Origin: Octopus vulgaris
Lineage: Eukaryota
Assembly (NCBI GenBank): GCA_951406725.2
Contig: OX597823.1
Location: 101,928,001 to 101,992,000 of the forward strand
Length of the DNA: 64,000 nucleotides
Direction of reading: 5' to 3'
Shown here: piece by piece, positions 53,899-64,000 of the stretch
Layout: each line of letters opens with the position of its first letter
Position numbering within the stretch: the stretch's first letter is position 1
The notes under the pieces: generated by a model
Told to the model about the DNA's origin: nothing
Seen by the model: the letters and a program-made list of their open reading frames with translations, nothing else
Databases searched by the model: none
Program-made: the position numbers and the translations under genes

Positions 53899-54816
53899 TG
53901 TCCGTATATCTGTGTGTATGTACGCGCGCGCATTGATAGAGATGTACGCAGATACACGCGCACGGACACACACACACACGCACGCATACACAGACACACA
54001 CACACATAAAAGTGTCGGTTTCAAATTTGGACACAAGGCCAGCAATTTCGGGAGGGAGCTAAGTCGATTACATCAACCTCAGTACTCAACTGATACTTAT
54101 TTTATCAACTCGAAATGATGAAAGGCAAAGTGGACTTCGGTGGCATTTGAGTTCAGAAGGTGGAATCCGAAGAAATGTCGCTAAGTATTTTGTCTGCTGC
54201 AGTAAAGATTCTGCAAGCTCGAATATGTACAATTATGTATACATACAGTCACATACACACACCTCTCACGCGTGTGTGTTATTATGTCACCAAGCTAATA
54301 AGAAGGTCACAAAGCGGAGCTAAGAGCTCTTAGAGCGTCCCGTCGGATCCCTATTCAACAATTAGTGAATTACATCGCATCTCAGAGAGGACAGAGTATA
54401 TAACCACTCATCACAAATAATAAATCTTACGTCACAACAAAAAGTTTTTCTAGCACCAGAGATGGCGGACCTTCTTAGCGCCGAATGTCGAGTTTTCGTT
54501 TCTTTAATAATCCTGTTAAATACATGATGTATAAATGTATTTTAATTTTAGGTAAATGCTTGAAGATTTTTATTACATGCTATTTGTTTTTATCGTTTAC
54601 TTCTTTTGTCATTGGACTGTGGCCATGCTGGGGCACCACCTTTGAATGTTTATAGCCGAACAAAGCTCCGGGAGACTTATTTTAAAGTTTGATACTTACT
54701 CTGTCGGTCTCTTTTACCGAACCGTTCAATTACGGGGATGTAAATATGCCAAAACCGGTTGTCAAGCATTGTTAGAGGAACAGACACTGTTGACATATAC
54801 TCATACATACATAAAT

Positions 54817-54886
<70 letters not shown>

Positions 54887-55895
54887 CCAAAATAAATAAA
54901 TGTATAGACAGACGGACGGACGGATCGATCGATAGATAGATAGATATACCGGCTTCTACACAGTTTCCGTTTATCAGTTTCACTCTCAAGCCATTGGTCA
55001 GCTCGGGGCTATTGTAAAAGACGCTCCCCCTAGGTGCCATGTTTCTTTTCAGTGTCATTGTATGTCAATTAAAACTAACCTGTGCTGTGTAGCTCTTGAA
55101 ATGCGTTTTAGATTCACCATCATTATCATATTATATATTTTGTATTAATATATATTATATATCATAAATGTTATATCAAATCTCTCTCAAAGTATAGTTA
55201 ACCCTATCAATGTAAAGAGGAAAGAACATATACAGTGCAATTCCAGTATAATCCTAGGTAAACTGCTTTCTAAAATAAGATGGATGGCCATGGCTAGAAC
55301 GTCTTTGCCCCTAGAACTTCTTTGACTCGGAACTAAACAATAAATCTAAAATAAAAAACAAATATCTATTTATTTCACACCAGAGTTTTTTCAATCAAAT
55401 TTAATCAGACCAAGCCTTGATATGATCGTTGGACTTTTCAGAAACAGCTGATAAATCAGCTTTAAATTACGTTTTACTGTCTCTGAAAAGAGCGAGGATG
55501 CAACGTATTTTGTACTCTTTTATATACGATGCAGTAAAAAATTGGATGATTGGAACACCTTTCACCGTATGACTGCTAAATTCATCAAAATTTTCAGGCA
55601 AACGGAAATAAAACAGATTTGTGAAGTTGTTTTCCTTAATTTGGTGCTAAAATATGAAGAATCTTCTACAAGACACAGATATTAACGGTCTCCACCAACT
55701 AAATTTCATATTTCGTTGTTAATGGTGATAATACATGATATTGGTGGAATGTCAGGAATTTAGAGTCTTTAGCTTCTTATAACTGTAAGTTGGCTGATAA
55801 AAGAAAGCAAGATTGGAAACAGCATGAAGCTTAAAAAGTAGTCCAGGAATTGAGGAGGTGACGGTGGCGAGGAGGATATTTTTATAATTGTGATA

Positions 55896-55964
<69 letters not shown>

Positions 55965-56021
55965 CACACGTATATGTGAGCGTGACTATGTATAAGTATA
56001 TATAAATAGTTTGTATGTATA

Positions 56022-56054
<33 letters not shown>

Positions 56055-56897
56055 ATGCATTTGTATATCTATGCCTATATACATTATAAAATATCTAATA
56101 TAATTAATGTACATATATTAAATAAACACATCTATGTCTGTATATGCATACGTAAGTGTATATATGTGTGTATGAGTTCGTGTGTGTATATATATATATA
56201 TGTATATGCACACACACACACAAATGTGCAGGTGTGTGTAACTGAACGTGTGTATGTGTACGTTCAGGCTTAATATTTATCAGCAGTAGACATCTCCGTT
56301 ACGTTTATCATTCACGCAATGCATTGGTTTTAATATATGTGTGTGTGTGTGTCCATATAGATACATTCACACACACGCGCATATATATATATATGTATAC
56401 ACACATCATATATATATATATATATTATGTTAGAGGAAAAATCAAAGCCAAGGCAGAACGAGTATCTCAAGTCATTTAGAATAAATTAATTAGGGTAAGG
56501 TGAATATAAAGTCTTTCAGCCGTTTTTGGGATAACCCAAGTGGTAAGTTAGCATGTCCATGCATTGCGTATTCCGTCATCAGAGACAAGGTATGAATATT
56601 TTAGACAGGGAAAATTTACAGTTTACAAGGAATAGAATTCACAGTTTATAAGGAATAAAATAGGAGAGTAAAGAGTAAAAGTGGTCAGAAGAATACAGGC
56701 AGGAGAATAATGTTCACAGCTCATTTTTCTCCAGAGGATATGGGTGTTGGTCGGTACTTCCCATGTAGGTACAGGTCCTTAGTTAAAATCCCAGGTAAAT
56801 GTAAGCGGTATATATATATATTTGCATATATATATATACGTGTGTACCGTTGGCGATTTTTTCCTCTGTCCTCCCTTCTCTGGATCTTTCCTTCTAT

Positions 56898-56932
56898 GTT
56901 TCCGACGAAGAGCTCCGCTCGAAACGTTAAAC
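56898..56932 (+). ncRNA. Minimal hammerhead variant (core CCGACGA) in a solo PLE-type tail (~56840-57025)
   Basis: gttt-CCGACGA-agagc-tcc-gctc-GAAA-cg-TT-aaac; the downstream ttcctgagcg resembles the tail at 25640-25735. Confidence 0.6.
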
Positions 56933-57020
56933 CCTACTTCTTTCCTGAGCGTCCAATAATACTATATTTGTTCCACGTCCTCGCGTTGTTGTGTTTTTTT
57001 GTGCTTCCTTGTTTGGATTT

Positions 57021-57072
<52 letters not shown>

Positions 57073-57219
57073 CAAATATGGAAAGGGATTCCTTCAGAAG
57101 GGTGTGTAAGACAGCCAATTGACTGGTATGTCAGTTGAATACAAACATAAATAATATGGGTATAATGTAAATTACAAACAATATATTAAATCTATTTTAT
57201 TTATTGTTTATATATATAT

Positions 57220-58390
57220 ACTAGTTTAAGGTGACCCGCTCTACGCGCGGGTAAGAGTGTGGTTGTTACTTTCTGTTGCTTCCTTTCAGCACGTAAAAAG
57301 CACCATCCGAACGTGTTCGATGGCAGCGTCGCCTTGACTGGCTTCTGTGCCGGTGGCACGTAAAAAGCACCAACCGATCGTGGCCGCTGCCAGCTCCCCT
57401 GGCACCTGTGTCGGCGGCACGAAAAAAGCACCCACTACACTCACAGAGTGGTTGGTGTTAGGAAGGGCATCCAGCTGTAGAAACACTGCCAGATCAGACT
57501 GGAGCCTGGTGCAGCCTCCTAGCTTCCCAGACCCCAGTCAAACTTTCCAACCCGTGCTAGCACGGAAAACGGACGTTAAACGATGATGATGATGATTCTC
57601 CCTCTTTGTTTCTCTCTCCTTTCTCTCTCACTTTCCCACTCTCTTACTTTTCTTTTCTCTCGGACTCTCCCTCGCTTTCTCTTACTCTCTATCTTTATCT
57701 CTCTCTCTCCCATTTATAAACAACAAAATATCTTGAGTAAGTTGAGAAATAAAATATTTTGAAAATATCAGGCAGTGACAACAGAAAGGTCTGCTTCAAG
57801 GCAGGCAGTAAAACACTAACATTTAAAATTGACAGACGAACTTGCGAGCTGAATAAAAATAATAAAATATTAGAATCCAAAGTTTGAAGGGATAGAATCT
57901 GAGGATAGTAGAGTCACCATAGCTGGCATTTCTTAACGACGGACAGCAACGTATTGACAGTTTAACGGCTGGCGTAAAATTTTGAACTTGATGTAAAAGA
58001 AAATTCCTAAACACCAAGTTTTGAAGTGATTCTTTCTCACGACAGTAGATTCACCATGGCAAGCATTCAAAACTTCTTCATCATGGACGGCAACACATTG
58101 ATGATTAAAAGGCTGGCGCAAATTTTTTAGCTTCATGTAACAGAGAATTCCTAAACACCCGCTCCTGTAAATTTTAATCCCCTTCCAGCCCCATTTAGAT
58201 CCCTTTTCACATTTTGGTTAAATAACCCGAGTTCATTCGGGTCTACTGGGGCCACATTTTATAAGATGAGGAATTTTGTCCTAGAGGTCACGCCTTTCAT
58301 TTGAGGAAAAAAATAGTTATCATGCAAACTCGCCAGCACTTTTAACATAGGTGTGCATATTTTCAGCTCAACCGACCACATAATGCACAC

Positions 58391-58461
<71 letters not shown>

Positions 58462-59330
58462 GTGTGAGTGTGTGTGTGTGTGTGCACGCATTATATATAC
58501 AAATGTATACAAATTGTATATATATATATATATATAAAATAAATTAGAGATAAAACCACTAATAGGCAAATCAAACAGTGAAAAACATAAACCAAAACAT
58601 AAAAGTAAAAATATAATATACAAAATATATAAAATATAAGATTGAAAACTTTAAATTACTTAAATTTAGAATTAAAATTATTAATTTATATTTATAATTT
58701 TTTTTTAATATATATAACTATCAAAAAGTATTAAAAAGTTTAATATACATAAATACAGATATATACACTTTGTATATATGCATTATATATACATATTTAT
58801 ATATAGAACACACACACACACACACACATATATATAAATTAACCCAATAAATATGTGATTCATAATATTTGTTCTCATGGTTGTGTAGTGGTGGTGGCGA
58901 GGATAATTCACTTTATGAATGCAGACAGACGTAGAGAGAGAGAGAGAGTGTGAAAGCGCTGTCGAAGGCGGGGTGGGGGGGAGATATAGAACGCTGTGAA
59001 ACGACGTTATAAAGGGAAAGTGAAGGGAGGTAGACGCTGTGAAACGACGTTATAGATAGAATGTGATGGAAAGGGAGGAAAGAGAGTGAGTGATGGAGGA
59101 AGACAGATACATAAAAGAATGAGAGTAGACTTGTCAAAGAGCGTTTTTGGCCCTAGCAGTGATATCTTTTAAGATGGGGATATCTAACCTAGCCCACTCG
59201 CATCCTCACCTCACATGTCCCTGTAAATTTTGGAGTCAATCCGACGGGTTAGTGGCTTTTAACCCGTTCTCAATGCCAAAAACAAACAAACAAACAAACT
59301 TTTCGCATTTCAGAATTGTAATATAGAGAT
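57220..59330 (+). mobile_element. Probable non-autonomous Helitron-like element with nested insertions
   Basis: Starts actagtttaaggtgacccgctctacgcgcggg and ends (caaa)n-cttttcgcatttcagaattgtaatatagagat; internal diverged ~146-bp tandem unit at 57900-58160. Confidence 0.4.
57290..57596 (+). mobile_element. SINE/LINE-tail element ending in (GAT)n
   Basis: Three internal gcacgtaaaaagcacc-like repeats, ggttggtgttaggaagggcatccagctgtagaaac, tail ggacgttaaacgatgatgatgatga. Confidence 0.6.
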
Positions 59331-59340
59331 GTGTGTGTGT

Positions 59341-59379
<39 letters not shown>

Positions 59380-60607
59380 TGTGTCTGTGTGTCTGTATGT
59401 ATACATTCATACATGCACATGTATGTATGTATATGTACCGATATTTGCATTCGTCCCACCCTCCGTTTGAAAACCCATGTAGATCTACCCACGTCCTGTA
59501 ACTTAACGGATCGTCAATAAAAAAAAACAATAGGATACAGAATGAAAAACTATAAAAAACAAAAATAAACTAAATGCTGACGTTGGCTTGAATTATACAA
59601 AATTCTTTACGGCAGTGCTCCAGCATGGCCGCTGACTAACGAGTGAATGTCTTCTGCAAGATATTTGATACCGACTTTATCAATTTCACTTCCCGAATAA
59701 TTTTACTTTTAAATTAACGTGTAGATAAAATAACAGCGTAAAGACGAAACGATGAAACTGATTCTGTATTACGTTTTAGATATATTACGGTGGGATGCAT
59801 ACGGTAGGATCTTACATATGCGGCGGAGTGAGTTGCAGTGTTTTTCAGTTGCTTGGGATTGATTATTCATGTGAATATAAAAACAGACGTATGTCTATGT
59901 ACGATTTGGGGGGGGGGGGCTTGATGTGTGTGGGTGGGTGTTTATATGTATAAGAGATGTAGATAAATAGTTTATGTGGGTTGGAGATCTCGATAAATAG
60001 TTTCTATGAGTACGTGCGTCTGGCTCTTTGGAGGTGTGCTCAATGGGGGTTGACCTGTGGCTAAACAAAAACAAGAACAATAGCAGCAAGCGCAAAATAC
60101 GCACAGTATTCTATCTAATTAGAATTAGTCACAATATCTTGTGATATTCATACAGGCGGTCACTTGTCTTAGAATTTTACAATATAGAGATCCTAAGGAA
60201 CATCGGATGGCAACTAGTTTCGCACCTCGGATCGGTTTCATGCGGGGTCACCGGGGAATCACGCACGTAACAAAACACAATAAAGTGCATAATGTATAGT
60301 TAAATTATTACATATATAATACTTTCTACTATAGGCACAAGGCCTGAAATTTTGGGAGAAGGTGGCTAGTTGATTACATCGACCCCAGTGATCAATTGTT
60401 ACATATTTCATTGAGCCCGGAGATGAGCGGCAGGATCGACCTCAGCGGAATTGAACGCAGAAGATAAAGTTGGAAGAAATGACGCTATGCATTTTATCCG
60501 GCACAGTAACTATTCTGCCAGCTCGCCGATTTGATTATTGCCTACATAATGTTAATGTAAGTATTACATTCTGTATTACGCACCTTATTTCTACGATTAC
60601 TACATTG

Positions 60608-60644
<37 letters not shown>

Positions 60645-60784
60645 CAAATAAGGGTATCTACGAGATAACACCATGCTAAAAAATAGCAGCCATGATCTGA
60701 CTCTAAAACCACCTTAAGTATCCATATAGCAACACGTAGAGAAAACAAAGAGAGAAAATGAAACTAGCAAAAAATTACAGGATA

Positions 60785-60843
60785 ATTCCAGATCCCGGAT
60801 TTCTGGGTTTGCATTTAGGAATGCTTTGCCTCGTCAGTGGAAT
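60785..60843 (-). ncRNA. Type I hammerhead motif in a solo PLE-type tail
   Basis: Minus strand: attcca-CTGACGA-ggcaaagcatt-ccta-aatgcaaaccca-GAAA-tccggga-TC-tggaat; 6-bp stem I, irregular base of stem II. Confidence 0.72.
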
Positions 60844-60888
60844 ATACACACAAAGAAACATAAATACATATATATATATATAAATACA

Positions 60889-61130
60889 ACATGGGGTGGA
60901 TGCAGATGTCTTTAAAATGAAACTGGATCACTTCCTGTCAGGCGTCCCAGATGAACCAACTTCACGACAGGAGGTGCAGATGAGGGCAGCTGCATCGAAC
61001 TCTCTCATGCACCAAATGGCAGTTGCTAAAAAGCTTTCGTGAAGTAAAACCAAGTAGCAACACCAAATGGCGGTGCCCCAGTATGGCCACAGCTCATGAG
61101 CTGAAACTAGAATCAATCAATCAATCAATA
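60889..61130 (+). mobile_element. CR1/L2-group LINE 3' end
   Basis: GVDADVFKMKLDHFLSGVPDEPTSRQEVQMRAAASNSL followed by tail atggcggtgccccagtatggccacagctcatgagctgaaact-(aatc)n. Confidence 0.75.
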
Positions 61131-61204
61131 CGAATACTCACATATACGAACGTATACATACATATATATGCACGTATACATAAATTATTATTAAAATTAT
61201 TATA

Positions 61205-61242
<38 letters not shown>

Positions 61243-61661
61243 TATAATAATTTTAAAATTTATTCTTTCTCAGTGGCCCGGTGTCTTGGAATCCCTGCTT
61301 CAGAATTTTACTATACAAGTGACTGCAGGTAACGTACTTGATCCCTAGTTTCATTGTTCAGTAATTTAAACGACAAACTGACATATTTACTGACAGTTAC
61401 ATCCCTTTACGATTTGATAAGTTCAAATTCCGCCGTGCTTGCATTCTTTTCTTTCAACTGTGGGTCAATAAAAATAAAGCAGCAAGTGCAACCATAAGTC
61501 GATGTAATAAACTGTCCTTTTCTCCCTTCCCTCCAAAAATTGTTGAACTACATTTATAAAGGAGAAAATGTAAAGAAGTTCAACAGTTAGGCTGTTCAAA
61601 GACGGTTCCAAAGACAACGAATCAAATGCAACGAAATTGTTTCAAGTGAAAATTAAAGTAC

Positions 61662-61746
<85 letters not shown>

Positions 61747-62233
61747 GGTGGTGCTATTATCCACCGGAAACATTCACCCAGTCAGTCATAGCTCGCGAAA
61801 TAGGTTAAATACCATTTCATATTTAGATTAGGACAAATTGATGCCTTTCTCGTTCCATATTTAACTAACCACTGTGAAGTTATAAATAAAATATCTGCTC
61901 ATCTGCAACTCGCCCTCTCTTTATCTTTATCCGCCTGTCGGTCGGCTCATTCATACAACCATCTGTCTATCTGTCCTGCTATTCATGTTTAAGGTTTTCT
62001 CGTTTTTATATCTTGTCTCTGTCGATGGATCCGCGTAACCTTCCCTCTATCTTGTCTCTATTTAGCTATCATTACATGCACTGTCTGCTAATTTATATAC
62101 GGTGAAAGCTGCTCGTTATAATCATAGGTAATGTTATCAAACGGATATTTTTTATCAAAATTAGTGGATCTGAAATACACTCAGGATGTACGTGTAGATG
62201 TATATGTGTGTGCTTGTGTATATCTATATAGCC

Positions 62234-62264
<31 letters not shown>

Positions 62265-62877
62265 CATACATACATACATACATACATACATACATACATA
62301 CATACATACATACATACACACATAATATACAAACTGACACATACACACACATATATATACATGCATTTTTGCTGTCTTTCCTGCCGTGAGGAAATAGGTT
62401 GAAATACTTAAGACAATTGCCTATGTATAGAGAAATCACCTATGCTATCTGTACAAAATCTGTTTAGTCAAGGAAGAACACATTTGATTATATAACTCTT
62501 AATATTTTAAAAAGAACAAGATGGTCATAGCTGGAATGCTTTTGATTTAAGCTGGCTCAATAATGGCCGGCCTGACTCTAAACGCCAACACTAACCCCCA
62601 ACCCAACAACACCTCATATATTTTTCATCATAATTAGATCTGCAACGAATTCATTTGAATTCTTCTCTCTTCCCCCTTTTATACCTCTCTCGCTTCCTCT
62701 CTCATTCTATCACCATCAACACTCCTACTTTCTACACCATAACACGTTTTACGTGTTACTATCATGTCAGTCGGTCCGCCAAACACACTATCTGCATCTT
62801 TAATATCCTACCCCTTCACAAAATCTGCTTTAACCTTACCTTTATCTTATCTTGTTAAGATACGCGTACTTCAGGTA

Positions 62878-64000
62878 AGACGTAAACCAGCGCCTTAAGA
62901 TTTGCCAGAATCTGGTAGTAGAGTTGTTGACAGTTCACTATAGCACGAAAGTTTAGCATCTGATGAGCTGAATTTTGCATCACGGTTTCGATTCCATATT
63001 GACGGCAATTCATTGTATACGTCTCATTCCCATGATACGCAGCCTTGCGTTTTTCCTTCGTGTATTTCAGCCAACAGAGTCGACAACGCCAGTTAATGAT
63101 TGTAATAATGGCTTCAAGAATTTGCTCCGCTGCTCCGTGCTTGGATCGGCTAAAATCAGTTTTGCCTAACATTATTTCGGGAATAAAGCACTTGAGTAAA
63201 ATGGGGTGAAGAAGAGAAGGAAGGAAGGAAGGAGGGAGGGAGGAGGAGAAGGACGAGGGTATTCTAGAATTGGGCTGGTATTTTATTAACGATCTCAAAA
63301 GATGAAAGGCAAACGTAAAATGGCGAAACGAATCCTTCAAACCATTATTATAATTATTATTATCTGATGCGAGCTGACAGAACGGTTAGCGACATTTCGT
63401 CCATCTTAACGTTTTGAGTTCAAATGCCTCCGAAGTCGACTTGGCCTTTCATCCTTTCGGGGTCGATAAAACTAAGTACCAAGTGGGCACTGGAGTCGAT
63501 GTAATCGACTTGTCCCTTCTCCCAAAATTTCAGGCTTTTGCCGATAGTGAGAAGGATTACTAACTGATGGGAGATGATGAAATCGTTAGCGAGTCGGACA
63601 AAATACTTAGTGGCATTTCTTCCGGCTCTTTCTGTTCCGAGTTCAAATGCTACGAGGCTTCATCCTTCGTGCTTCATCTTTCCGGGTTCGATAAAATAAG
63701 TACCAGTCGAGCAAAGGACTTGATGCAAATAACCAGCCCCACCCAATCCTCCAAATTGCAGGCCTTGTAGAAAGAATTTTTTTACTATCTGATGCTCCAA
63801 CAACTTTGTTAACTGAAATATATGAAAGAAAGAAGTCAAGATGCGTGTCCTGTGAATGACACAAAACCAATTAATTTCAAAGTGGAATCGAAACCGCGAT
63901 GCAAATTCATCTCATTTGAAGCTAAATTTTTTGCGTTACAGCAAACTGTCAACAACTCTTCAACACGATTCTGTCAAATCTTAAGCGTCTGTTTATGTCT
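62878..64000. repeat. Diverged inverted repeat (62878-62997 / 63883-64000, runs off the window)
   Basis: tggaatcgaaaccg.gatgcaaa...aactgtcaacaactct...gattctg.caaatcttaag present in opposite orientations. Confidence 0.8.
63368..63770 (+). mobile_element. Two tandem family-A SINEs
   Basis: gagttcaaat...tttcatcctttcggggtcgataaa motif twice. Confidence 0.75.

Larger units (their letters stand above)
51481..54680 (+). repeat. Dispersed direct repeat, ~190 bp (51481-51670 / 54491-54678)
   Basis: Both begin agttttcgtttctttaataatc.tgttaaat and end tgtttatagccgaacaaag; clearly diverged. Confidence 0.85.

Noticed and set aside
57290-58160. Short spaced repeats resembling a CRISPR array
   Set aside because: Only 2-3 diverged units inside eukaryotic repeats; no cas genes and no prokaryotic context.
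62960-62995. CTGATGAG hammerhead-like start
   Set aside because: No downstream GAAA or closing stems on that strand.

Overview
Eukaryotic, AT-rich, microsatellite-dense and almost entirely non-coding DNA. The SINE families and (TA)n/(CA)n/(TATG)n load suggest an octopod cephalopod (inference). The only host gene I can support is two spliced minus-strand coding exons (3248-3007, 1466-1298) of a divergent TPPP/p25-alpha-like protein that continues off the left edge. The rest is transposon debris: at least five Penelope-like element (PLE) remnants with RT and/or GIY-YIG domains, R4/Dong-, RTE- and CR1-like LINE fragments, Tc1/mariner/maT fragments, Helitron-like non-autonomous elements, and many copies of three tRNA-derived SINE families. 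Four patterns stand out. (i) About ten hammerhead-ribozyme motifs, canonical to degenerate, sit in PLE-type 3' tails, including a ~310-bp near-perfect palindrome with a canonical hammerhead on each strand. (ii) One PLE has in-frame TGA codons exactly at two conserved zinc-binding Cys positions. (iii) Fold-back inversions and a mosaic templated insertion recur, mostly beside (TA)n tracts. (iv) A ~7-kb tandem duplication has an inverted junction. All calls are by eye; no searches were run, and repeat boundaries are approximate.
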